A stretch of DNA of 64,000 bases, taken from positions 164,014,827-164,078,826 of the forward strand of contig NC_068982.1 in NCBI RefSeq assembly GCF_001194135.2. Reading direction: 5' to 3'. Of this stretch, positions 26,858 to 39,387 are shown in pieces. The position numbers and the translations under genes are program-made. Position 1 is the first letter of the stretch. Each line of letters opens with the position of its first letter. Origin of the DNA: Octopus bimaculoides. Lineage: Eukaryota. The notes under the pieces are model-generated. The model had not been told where the DNA came from. It did not search any database and saw nothing but the letters and a program-made list of their open reading frames with translations.

Positions 26858-27609
26858 AGAATATTCAAACCACAGCAGGAAACTACCTCATGTCGCACCG
26901 TGATGCTTCCTAATGTGCTAAAATTTTAAAAGTCGCTGAATTAATAAATGTCAGCAATCTAGTAAATATATGTAACTTTAACTTCTTCACCAAACTTCGT
27001 GAAATTGAACCCCAACTAGACTTCACTCCCCATCTTTTACTCGTAATCCCTACATCACGTTCCCGTCGAAGACACAATTATACAAATAATCCAGTCCTTA
27101 CCATAGTCTGTCTCATGTGCCCAACTGAAAACGTAGATTCCACTGTCCCGATCACTCATCATTCTCACTGGGGCATCAATAATAAACTTCTAGTTACTCT
27201 GGTTCAAATTTTTCTCTCTCATTCCTTCAAATACATCTACAATACATCTACGAGCTCACAACTAACCGCATACTGCTATTGCCGGTAGAGAGCGAATATT
27301 TGACAAGATTTAAATATTTGAATAATTTAGTTTTAGACTATACACTCACCCTTGACCACTTCCCACCCCCAACACACTTCAAATAAACTAAACCTCTTTT
27401 TCACTTCTATTGCTATCATCTTTCGCCACCTGCGAAAATGTCTCCGATTACTTCAAGCGAAGATGATAAGATGCCCTTGGTGAGATTTATCTTGAGCATG
27501 TAAAGAGTCGGAACAAATATTATAAAGTATTATTTCTTACGCTTTAATTGTTCTACCAGTACAGCATCATTCTCACACAAACACAAATGCACACACGCAG
27601 CACACACTG

Positions 27610-27649
<40 letters not shown>

Positions 27650-28429
27650 ACACATGATGGATATTTGTGTGTGAGAGTGTGTGTGTGTGTGTAGTTAGGT
27701 AGAGAGGTAGGTATATCTTTCGTAGATGTGTGTCAAAGGAGGATGCATATACGACGGAGAAAGCAGAAAACCATGGAACTTATCAAACACGGTCTCGTGT
27801 GATCTTTGTTCTACATTGACATACAGACATCGTCATGTCATTCTTGCTGTCATAAATGCAGTGAACCAAGGATTGATCTGTTGGTTACTCGCAATCAAAG
27901 AGTCTATTGTTCAAGAATTGCGATATAAAATAAGTGTAATTAAACAACAATTCAGCGAGATCAGTCGGATGAGAATCAACTCCATGGTACACTTCAGAGT
28001 TTTCCGTAAGGCAAACGGTAAATGGCAACAGAAAAACATTAACGAAGAAAACACATTCCAAATGATGTTAATGAATATGTGGTGCTGATGCATTTAGAGA
28101 AAATGCTCACGAACTCATTTTTTGTTGCTATAACTAAGCAATACCCGCGTAGCCTGATTTTATAAAACAGAAAAAAAGAAGAAAAAGAAAGTGTTTCTGG
28201 GAAACTTTACGAAGTGGAATCATTAAAGTGTCTAAAGTATGAGGTAGTATAATTGTAATTCCAAAATATTAATATCTACGAAAATTTTTTACATATATCA
28301 AAAGCGAATTGCGAATAGCTAGCTAATATATTGGTTTCAAATTTTGGTATCCGGCCAGCGATTTTGGGAAGGGTTTAAGTCGATTTACATATTATCACAA
28401 TGAGAAAAATCATTAATAAAGTCAGCAAT

Positions 28430-29255
28430 CTAGTAAATATATATAACTTTAACTTTGATATGTTTCGGCCAGTATAGACCCAGGCCATGTCTAACTTAAT
28501 AATACCACCTGGTGAAGTCTTTTAGTCATATATAGGGCACCATATCTCACTCTAGCAAAGAGTTATTATTGTTGGAGGCATATCCGGGTAGTGGAAGTTG
28601 GTCCGGGATGTTTTGAAGAAATTTGTCCAGTGAACATTTGAATTTTATGGGATCCGTTTCTGTTTTGACGTATTTTGGTATGGAATTAAAGAGAGCTGGA
28701 TCGGTTGAGGTAAAGTAATCGAGACGTAATGTTGCAATGTGTACTGAGTTCGATTTTTGTAGTGGCCAGATAGCACGGGCGCCAGATCTTGGATGAATTT
28801 AAAAATTGATGCCAACATCATTTTTGCAACTTTGATTTTCCACATAACACAAATAATGTAGCGCTCCCGGCGGCGTTAGAGAGAGTAGAGATTAAGTTTT
28901 TTTAGTCGACCCCAATAATCAATGCCTCTCATGCCGTCTGTCTTTCTTATTATTGACCTCTGGAGTGCTTCTACTTTCATAATGAGTTGCTTCGTATGGG
29001 GGTCCACAGTGGGCAACAGTATTCAAGGTGAGGTCGGGCAAAAGTAGAGAAGGATGATGGTGTAGGTATCTCTAGACCGGAAAGTTCTCAGAAAGCAGGA
29101 GCACATTTTGCGGGTCAAGTCAACCTTGCTGTTTACGTGGGAACTCCAGCTTAGATTGTTATCAACAATTACTCCAAGATCTCTGGTGTTGTTGGATGAC
29201 ACTAGGGAGAAGCACTAGAAGGATTAGATACAATTGGAACGTCTCGGTTGAAAAT
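28430..29255 (-). mobile_element. 5'-truncated CR1-group LINE (RT C-terminus and 3' UTR)
   Basis: RDLGVIVDNNLSWSSHV, RPHLEYCCPLW, YWGRLKKLNLYSL*RRRERY and FKCSLDKFLQNIPDQ in order, with frameshifts and stops. Confidence 0.85.
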
Positions 29256-29312
29256 ATCGGCCACATACTGTGTGTATGTACACACACAGAGACACACGTA
29301 CACACACGCACA

Positions 29313-29354
<42 letters not shown>

Positions 29355-29359
<5 letters not shown>

Positions 29360-29469
29360 TATTTACATTATTTACAATTGACGGATATTTGTCCTCATCT
29401 TGTTTGTTGTTAACACAACGTTTCGGCTGATATACCTTCCAGCCTTCATCAGGTATCTTGGGGAAATTT
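29355..29469 (-). mobile_element. Solo PLE pLTR 3' end inserted in (TA)n
   Basis: Near-identical to 8030-8132; ends in aaataatgtaaataatgta; (TA)n on both sides. Confidence 0.85.
29412..29457 (-). ncRNA. Intact minimal type I hammerhead ribozyme
   Basis: GAUAC-CUGAUGA-a-GGCUG(gaaggtatat)CAGCC-GAAAC-GUU-GUGUU; stem II fully Watson-Crick, stem I pairs with G-U wobbles. Confidence 0.8.
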
Positions 29470-32224
29470 ATATGTATATATATATATATATATATACACA
29501 TACACAAAATATGGGGGTTTAGTTCACAGGTGATCTAAACGACTAGGTACGCTGGTTAAGTGCTGTAACGGATTACTAGGGCTCCGAGGTTGTAGCCGAG
29601 ACGGGAGTTATGGAACCATTGTAGACTTTCGATATACCGGATATATAATTGTAGGGCCTTTCTAAAGCATTCTGTAAAATAGTAGACTCTAATTTCCCAC
29701 ATAACCAGAAATATCATTCAATCATTACAGATCTATTTTAAAATTATCCTACTCCTCTACACCAAATATAGAATCTATTATCACCTCACGTAACAAACGT
29801 AAACCTAGCTCTATCTAAATACATACAACCCTACCATAGACCTACGCAACGAAAAGACTAATACCGCTCGCAATAACATATCCAACACCCCAGGCCCTAA
29901 CACTTTAAATAACTTAAAATATACATAATATAATCCTCGCCTCGGAGGAAAATGGCCGCACAGTCGAAACTAACGCTATTACTAGTAGGAATACTAATAC
30001 TAACAATGCTAACTATACTATATCCACTATCACAACCAATACCTCTTCTGCAACTGCTAATAATACTAGCAATAATACTAATACTATCACCAATGTGTGT
30101 GTGCGCGTGAGTGCATTGCGGGTGTGTGTGTGAAACTGATAAAGTAAACACAATTTACGATAAAAATTTGCAGTTTTATTTTGATTAAAATATCAGTGTC
30201 TTCAAAGCAAAACCTTTGAATTCTGTTCATCTGCCGTTCAACGTCTCACCGACTCCTACTCCGTTTGTTGTTTTATTCCTCAATCCCTACCATGACCGAC
30301 AAGTTCCACACATTGTGTTTTATTATATGTAAGATTATGTCTGTATGTGTGTGTGTGTGTGTGTGTGTAAATTTATTCAAGTGGGTACCTGTGCAAGAAA
30401 GATAGTGGGTGAATGTATTATTGTGAGTGTGTGTATGTGTGTGTGTGTGTGTGTGTGTGTATGTGGCTCGCACATGTAGTGAGTATGCCTGACGTGCTGC
30501 TCCTCCCTACTGGTCGATAAAATAAGAACCTGTTAAGTAGTGGTGTATGTATAATAGTTCAGCTTTTCTCCTCAAGCTTTCAGGTCTTATGCTTTAAGTA
30601 GAAAGGATTTTATCTATAATCCTCCATTTCATAGAATATATCAACATTATCAAACACCTCAAATAACAAGAACTACAACCTCTAAATATCCAACGACTGT
30701 AGTACCGAGGATTTCAATACTCAACTGAATTACTAACAGCCTCAACAACAAGAAGAGTACCTAGCACCTTAACAAGAACACCGACGACATTTGATAGTCT
30801 GCCAAGTGCCATAAAAAACAGCAAAATTCCACAACCATCATTACGACAACAGCTTTAATATCGGAATAAGAATTTACGTCCAGATTTTCAGAAATACAGT
30901 CTTTCTATTTCTGAGTCAGTTATCAACGTATTCATACTCTTAGTCACCAACTTATAGATCTCTGTTATAGATCTATTAATAAAAAGAGTGTTTAACGGCG
31001 CAATATTGATTTCTGATTTTGTCAAAGTAATGAGACAGTTTATATGTTATCCTCACCTGATTGGTGAAAAGCAAATTTTGGCACTTTGGGATTTGAACTC
31101 ATAATGTATAGCGGTGTAACTGGTAACTCAGTTTGCCCGTCTCTCTACTAATTCTGCCACCCACCGCATTTTAATTAAAATCTCTTCCATTGATACAAGG
31201 TCACATATATTTAAGGGAGCGGTATAGCTGATTAGTACTTAATTTATCGTCGTTAGAAGGATTTTGATCGCCAAACGAAACGACGGAACCTAAACTAAAT
31301 ACTGACATGCTGTGTTTTGCCGATTATGCTAACCACTACATTTTATTAAGGTAAATAACCATAAGGATGTTATTTTAATGTTTGTCATATTGAGTAATAA
31401 GATGCATTGAGCTTAGAATCGCGTGGCTTACGTTACTATATATTATCTTTTGCAATATTTCAGTTTTTAGTTATAATATGTAACATTTATTATTCATTTG
31501 AATTTGACTACTATTATTCTGAGATCAAATCTCGTCAGGATTAGTTTTATCTTTCATTTCACTGGGAATAGTTAGAGTAAATACCAGATTTAAACTGCAA
31601 TCTAGTGAGCCGGCGACACCCATTCATTTCATTACAAATGCATATTATTTTCCTTATGTATGAAATACTATAAAGCCAATCTGTTATAGATTCATTGGTT
31701 ACAATTGCCGTTTTATTGAATCTCTAACTATGGCTTTTAAATCTATATGCTGCTACTTTCTAGTTCCGATCCATTATATTTTATTTACTATTTAGTGAAC
31801 AACTTGTCAGTAGTTATTAGATTTTTTCATGACTCAGAGGATGAAGTGCATTACCAATGGCAATCTCATACTTCTGGGATTGGTTGACGAAGGGAGAGTT
31901 ATCTTCAAACCAGGAACTCCGCTTAAAAGCGCAAAAGAGTGAAGTTAACACGTGGTATAATGGTATAACTTACCGGCATTCATGTTAAGCCGACGTCTCA
32001 GTTCAGGTGTCTTTTTCTTTGCTGCTTATAACCGAGATAAATTCATGAATCAGCTCAAAATATGTTTACTGTTCTACGACCTTGAGTTCAGATTTATCGA
32101 GAATCCTTCAACTTTTTTAATGAATGCTGGATTACTGATAGTACTGTTTTGATCAGGCAAAGAAAGCCCTTACTGTTTTTTAGAAATATATTGTAAGCGT
32201 TAATTGAAATAATTGAAATTGCAT

Positions 32225-32350
32225 CAACCCCAGTGTTAAACTGGTACTTATTTGATCGACCTCGAAAGGATGAAAAGCAAAGTCAACATCCTCGGAAATT
32301 CAACTCAGAACGTAAAGACGGACGATATACCGCTAAGCATTTTTTCCTGT
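32225..32350 (-). mobile_element. SINE family A fragment
   Basis: caaccccagtgttaaactggtacttatttgatcgacctcgaaaggatgaaaagcaaagtcaacatc...aactcagaacgtaaagacggacg. Confidence 0.8.
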
Positions 32351-32947
32351 TGTGCTAAGAATATATTGAGAATAATTCGATGGAAAATATCTCCAATAAC
32401 TATGTATTGGCATAAATATTTTAAGCAAGTACAAAACAATAATAATAATAAAAGAACACGTGTGTTAGAATGTTAACAAGCATATATGGCAAAATGCATC
32501 ATATTTCCTGATCACTGATATTTACCGATTTCGAAGGAATGAAAACAGAATGAACGGTAAAACAACAAAATATTTTCGTACTGAAAATACATGCAGTTAC
32601 ACTTTCTCCTGCCTCAGTCATCTCAACATAACTTTACCGAAATATAGTAAAAATTGAGAAGAAAGAAAACTTCTTTAATCACTTTTCAAAATTTCCACCG
32701 AGTTTAATTAACTGTACAAGGCAATGGGATATATTTTGATATTCTAGAGATATATCGCAGAATAGACTGTAACGTACACTCAGAATTGCATTCAAGGATG
32801 GCTGCTGTGCTTCAAAAGGGAAAATCCAATTATTCACTTGATATTTCTATGGAGTTAAAAATATTGTTGTACTGGTTAACCAGCTTTGTACTTTGGAGGA
32901 ATATTCAGTCTAACTAAAATACGAATCAATATCATATCTATATTCTC

Positions 32948-33021
<74 letters not shown>

Positions 33022-33286
33022 NNNNNNNNNNNNNNNNNNNNNNNNNNNNNNNNNNNNNNNNNNNNNNNNNNNNNNNNNNNNNNNNNNNNNNNNNNNNNNN
33101 NNNNNNNNNNNNNNNNNNNNNNNNNNNNNNNNNNNNNNNNNNNNNNNNNNNNNNNNNNNNNNNNNNNNNNNNNNNNNNNNNNNNNNNNNNNNNNNNNNNN
33201 NNNNNNNNNNNNNNNNNNNNNNNNNNNNNNNNNNNNNNNNNNNNNNNNNNNNNNNNNNNNNNNNNNNNNNNNNNNNNNNNNNNNNN

Positions 33287-33331
<45 letters not shown>

Positions 33332-34089
33332 CATATGCATAGTTGTATGAATTTATGTATGTGTTCACGCAACTATACACAAATCACATGTTCACGAACA
33401 ATGATATACTCGTGTTTGTATTCATGTATGTGTACCTCTCTATACGTATTGACGCATGTGCGAGGGTATGGATGTGCTTTATATATAGATAGCACGACAC
33501 ACTCATGTTAGTATTTATATATGTATACGTACAAAAGCGTATTAACGTGTATGAGTAAGTATTTGAGTGTGCTTTAGATATAGATAGTACAACAGATCAT
33601 ATGAAAGAAACATTAAAGTAAATTATTTCTTTTTTTATTGTTTAATTCCTCTTAAAGTTACCCTGTGTTCTTTTAATCTTGTTTCATAACCATTATTCCA
33701 TATGATTTGTTCTTGTAATACTAACGGACTCGCCATACCATGAATGAAGAAATATAGTAAAGAAAAAGAAAAAGAAAAAAATGCTTCTGATCTGAATACT
33801 ATTTCGACAAGCAGTGAAATAAATCAATGGATGAAGGACAAAAATCAATATTTGGTGGGAGTATCTGAAGAAAATAAAATAAGGTCGTCATATGATTCTT
33901 TAATTATATTATAGAAACGACGTAATATTGTACAGAAGGGAAAAGCCGAAAGGGTTGGGGGCCAGGTCTTTTCCTTTCGAACGGAAACATCATTGTCTTC
34001 TGGCATACAGTGAAGGCGAGGGAGGAAGGCTTAACCTGCACTAAATTTTATGAAAGTTGGGTGACAGTTCCTTGTTTAATCCCATGTCA

Positions 34090-34290
34090 AACCAGGCGAG
34101 CAGAGCACTGAGCAAGAACCCATTAAAGCTATGGTCATCTTATTATTCATTTATGTACTTTTGTTTAGGCATCGTGTCCCTAGAACTACATTATCCAGTA
34201 TAATCTTCCTATTTTTTTCTCAAGTCAGGATGGTACAATTTAAGGGAGTTTTGTCTGCTCTTTCTAACAGCTTAGCATAGTCGCAGTGGC
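34090..34290 (+). repeat. Interspersed repeat family D fragment
   Basis: See the other family D copies. Confidence 0.45.
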
Positions 34291-35322
34291 TAGTTTATTT
34301 TACTGTTACCGACTTTGAGTGTAGGTTGACAACAGCTTAAGAGAAACTTGTTTTCGTGTTTACGACAATCTGTATTATGTGCTGTGTACCGACAGAATCG
34401 CCCTGTGTGACTATCCACTTTGGGGGATTTTTTTATGTCTAACAATATTTATAAAATCATTTTACTTGTAATTCTTAATAAACAAATATTTTATTTCTAT
34501 ATCATTCACATTTATTTTTCTGTTTTTGTCGTTGTAATACATTTCGTTCATTCTCGCAAACAAAAGAAAGGTAATAGTTATTTTTATCATAAACATCCTN
34601 NNNNNNNNNNNNNNNNNNNNNNNNNNNNNNNNNNNNNNNNNNNNNNNNNNNNNNNNNNNNNNNNNNNNNNNNNNNNNNNNNNNNNNNNNNNNNNNNNNNN
34701 NNNNNNNNNNNNNNNNNNNNNNNNNNNNNNNNNNNNNNNNNNNNNNNNNNNNNNNNNNNNNNNNNNNNNNNNNNNNNNNNNNNNNNNNNNNNNNNNNNNN
34801 NNNNNNNNNNNNNNNNNNNNNNNNNNNNNNNNNNNNNNNNNNNNNNNNNNNNNNNNNNNNNNNNNNNNNNNNNNNNNNNNNNNNNNNNNNNNNNNNNNNN
34901 NNNNNNNNNNNNNNNNNNNNNNNNNNNNNNNNNNNNNNNNNNNNNNNNNNNNNNNNNNNNNNNNNNNNNNNNNNNNNNNNNNNNNNNNNNNNNNNNNNNN
35001 NNNNNNNNNNNNNNNNNNNNNNNNNNNNNNNNNNNNNNNNNNNNNNNNNNNNNNNNNNNNNNNNNNNNNNNNNNNNNNNNNNNNNNNNNNNNNNNNNNNN
35101 NNNNNNNNNNNNNNNNNNNNNNNNNNNNNNNNNNNNNNNNNNNNNNNNNNNNNNNNNNNNNNNNNNNNNNNNNNNNNNNNNNNNNNNNNNNNNNNNNNNN
35201 NNNNNNNNNNNNNNNNNNNNNNNNNNNNNNNNNNNNNNNNNNNNNNNNNNNNNNNNNNNNNNNNNNNNNNNNNNNNNNNNNNNNNNNNNNNNNNNNNNNN
35301 NNNNNNNNNNNNNNNNNNNNNN

Positions 35323-35376
<54 letters not shown>

Positions 35377-35389
35377 ATAATAATAATAA

Positions 35390-35934
35390 GATGCCCGGAT
35401 GCAGTACCAGGCAGTGGATCTCATGGCGCCTGATCTTAATTGATTGGAAGTGTTATCATGTACGTTGTTTTGTCTTGGTATAAAAAGATGGGCTACAGTA
35501 AATATTCTGCTTAATACCACAGATTTGCTTGTCAGTTGTTTGACCTTAACCAGTTGAGCATGTCCCTTGGTGGCTGATGATATGTGCATCTCTGATCACG
35601 AGCAGAAGTAGTGGGGGAGCATCATAACCATGTGTTGGGGTTTGAATAATTCACCTTTGAAAACATGAGCGTTTTGCTCAACATCCTTAAAAAAACCTTA
35701 TTCAGGGACCTTTTGAGCGGGATGGGCTATTCGACCTGAAGAAAATTCTAACTGGCCCCCCACCTGCGAGGTCATGCGGTGTTTATCTTGATATGAGATC
35801 ACAATGTCACGCACATATGGTTGTGATGCATTTGCCTGGTGTACCCTTATCAGACAGTTAGTCATGATGGGTATAATGGGCTTCATATATTTTACCCCAG
35901 TGTCACTTTGATGGCATGCACTGCTCTCTCACTC
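35390..35934 (+). mobile_element. ~545-bp retroposon-like element flanked by (TAA)n, with (AAT)n tail
   Basis: Higher-complexity block between (CTA)n(TAA)n and (AAT)n, ending gatggcatgcactgctctctcactc(aat)n; I recall this as a common octopus repeat but cannot verify it here. Confidence 0.6.
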
Positions 35935-35952
35935 AATAATAATAATAATAAT

Positions 35953-36310
35953 GGCTTCAAATATTGGTACAAGGCCAGCAATTTCAGGGGTGTGGGTAAG
36001 TGGATTATATCAACCCCATTGCTCAGCTCATACTTATTTTATCGACTCGAAAGGATGAAAGGATAAGTCGGCCTTTCAATGCAAAATTCCCAAGATGTTA
36101 CATCTTATTTTTTGTGGTGAGCTGGCAGATTCGTTAGCACGCCGGACAAAAGGTTTAGCGACATATCGTCCGTCTTACGTTCTGAGTTCAAGTTCTGCTG
36201 AGGTCGACTGTGCCTTTGTTATATTCAGGCTCGATAAAATAATTACTGGGATCTATGTAATCGGCTAGCCCTCTCCCCACAAATTTCAGGCCTTGTGCTT
36301 GTAGTAGTAA
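35953..36310. mobile_element. Inverted pair of SINE family A copies
   Basis: Minus copy at 35953-36065, plus copy at 36115-36310. Confidence 0.8.
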
Positions 36311-37803
36311 GGAATATACAATATTCACATAACAAATATTCCTTTCTATCATGGTAATTTATTCCTTCTGCTTGACAGAAGGAATAAATAGATAATCCAG
36401 CACGTACGCCCCTAATATTAGATAAAACTTATATTGAATGGAAAGCCGCACTTTCAACACATCTGTTACATTATAAGAACGTATAGATTCTTTTTGAAGT
36501 AACCCTATATTCGACCCTTTAAAATAAGAATTATTCAAAAATAGAATCACACCAAGTTTGGGAACGAACAACTTTGATATTTGCGTTGGACAGAATGATG
36601 ATAGTATCATGTAATATGTAATGTATTTATATCTTTTTCCCCGTTGCTTGTGCTTACCGGATCGATATTAATCCTGTTTTGAATATGACCCTATCTAATC
36701 TGATGGACTCAATTACGTTTCATAGAGACTGTCAGAAGCGCTTAATTTTAAACTCTTCAAATTGCTTCTACTTAAGTTCCGTAACATTTACGGTCATTTT
36801 ATAATCTTTTTATCAATTTCGACAGCCGAAAGGTGCATTAGATAAGTTAATGCCTCTATAAGAGAAATGTGATAATGGTATTTAAATGGCAAGATCTTTC
36901 TTTGTCTACTTTTACTGACTTATCTGTTTCTCTCTTATAAGACACAGTTAATCTTTAACTTGGTAATCTGGCGCAGAAATGTTTTAGTTTGAACAACTAT
37001 AGCCAATTAAAACTGACTGTGTGGTCTTCATGTTATTGGCTGTGTGTGAATATTGCGCTTAGTGTGTGTATATGTGGGTGCGTTCGCGCGTGCGTATGCA
37101 CGTATGTTTTATCAGACGTAAAGTGCAATACTAATAACAGGTTTTCATACTGATAGCTGCATAAATTTTACATCATTCATTTGACAATAGTTTGTTAGTG
37201 GTGTGTGTCTGACATTATTGTAAGTAAACACTTAATCTAATAACCCAGGTCATAACTTCTGAACATTGCTCCTTCTTTGACGTTATAAGTTTGTATTGTT
37301 TTCTTGGAGTAGTTAAATATAAACTGTAGAAATATAGATCGATTTTGACTAGAGACGAACAATTTTCGTAGGGGAAGGATGTATGCTAGTTGGTTCATAT
37401 TGCATCGATTTTCAAAGTACTGAAAGCATAATTATCGAATATTACTTACATTATTATATGTCATGATATAGCTTTTTCAATTAAGATCCTTTACTTTCCT
37501 CATGAACACACGGTATTAATATTTAAGAGATAATGGTTTTATTATGAGTTGTACTGATGATTGTATATTGACATGTATGTTCTGAATTCAAATTTCATTG
37601 CAGTCGATACGACTTGAGGCTGATAAAATATGTACCAGTCAAAAATTGGAGTCGATATTGTTGACTATGCCTCACCTCTCAAATTGTGGACTTGTTGCCT
37701 ATGTTAGAAACCACTATTACCATTTCTGGAAACTATAAACATGAAGGCAGTGAATAGTCGTTGCAGTTGTGCAAATGAGTTAGCCAGTAGATGAGAATAT
37801 TCT

Positions 37804-38015
37804 TTTCTTCTCTAGGCACAAGACCCGAAATTTTGGAGGAGAGGGCCAGTGGATTAGATCAACCCCAGTATGCAACTGGCACTTAATTTATCGACCCCGA
37901 AAGGTTGAAAGGCAAAGTCGACCTCAGCGGAATTTGAACTCAGAGCATAAAGACAGATGAAATACCGCTAAGCATTTCGCCCGGCGCGCTAACCTTTCTG
38001 CCAGCTCGACGCCTT
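37804..38015 (-). mobile_element. Full-length SINE family A with a 20-bp TSD
   Basis: Reverse complement begins aaggcgtcgagctggcagaaaggttagc, with B box gagttcaaattcc; ccagtagatga(g/c)aatattct at 37784-37803 and 38016-38035. Confidence 0.93.
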
Positions 38016-39321
38016 CCAGTAGATGACAATATTCTGAGATCCTACATTTGGATTGTACCGGATAATAATTATAATCTATCAAGTTTTTAGCAGTTTCTGA
38101 GATATAAATACTATATTCTTGTAAATCAACTTAAGAATTCAATATTTTGTATTTTACTGTTGAGACAGACTTTATACAGATATTCCATTAATGTCAGAAA
38201 AGTATCACGGAATGAATGACATTTTTTTTCTTGTTTTCCTTTAACGGAAATATTAAAAAACGGGCTAAATCCATTTTTGAGTTACAAACATCGGCAGAAG
38301 TTTTTATTTTTGGTTTTAGAGTATTACATCTAAAAAAATATACACTTCATTAGTTATACCTTGTTTTTTATTATCAGAATACTCTAGAAAAATCTACACT
38401 TAGCATAATTGAAAATACTGAAGAAAAACAGTTAAAAATGTAATTTAATCAGATAATGAGAGGAAGTACTGATAACAACAGTAGTAATTTGAAATTGATT
38501 ATATCAATGGAGTTCCTGTTCAGTTTGATAGTTTGAATTTACACAGAATGATGCTTCTTGAGAAACGTAGTCAGCTAGTAGATTTACGAAAACTGCATCT
38601 CCGTGGGTGAGGGTACGATATACAAACTGTTCAGATTGAACATACTTAAGATGTTGAGAAAAAGAGACGCAGGTTCCTGGATTGCAGTGCCTGCAACAGA
38701 AGCTGTTGTAATAATAGCAGGGTAGACATTGAAGAGAAACAACGAATATGTGAGCCAATGGTTGTTTTCTACCAAGCTGCTGGAGGAGACCAGACTGTAT
38801 AAGCAAGCAGCAGCAGCAATAACAAAAGTAGCCGGAGCAACACCATCACAAATGCACAAACATATTTTGATTACAATTTTAAACTATGAAACTAACAAGT
38901 ACCATTAAAATCTACAATCGCAAACCTCTTTATGTAAAGAGAAAGTTATTGGTCGTGTAAATTTGCGATGCGGTGTGGATCTAATTAGAGGTTATTTAAT
39001 TTCGCGATTATTATACTCAGGAAATGTATATGCATTGCAATATATACGTGTATTTTCCTATAAATGAATGCCATTTGTGGCTAGTTAAAACAAATCAATA
39101 TATTCGGATGTGGTTACGCAAATCATTTAACCCTGATACTAATTCTAAAGACATTTTAAAAATTAATGTGTTTAAGCCAGGAACTGCAAAGATATAGTGA
39201 ACAGAATGGTACATCAATATTTAAAGAGCCGTTAATTGGTATCCTGATTTCTATATGACACTCAACGCTCAACTGTAGCGGTAGCACTGTAAAATTAATG
39301 AGTGTTTCTGTTGTTGCTGTT

Positions 39322-39328
39322 ATTATTA

Positions 39329-39387
<59 letters not shown>
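39322..39387. repeat. (ATT)n microsatellite
   Basis: Directly visible. Confidence 0.97.

Noticed and set aside
29935-29985. Additional hammerhead-like motif (cggagga...gtcGAAAC)
   Set aside because: Core altered, stem II only 3 bp after an extra 4 nt, and no cleavage triplet or stem I.
39127-39134. Second TTAA-CCCT as the other piggyBac end
   Set aside because: Same orientation as 40217 and no further similarity to that terminus.
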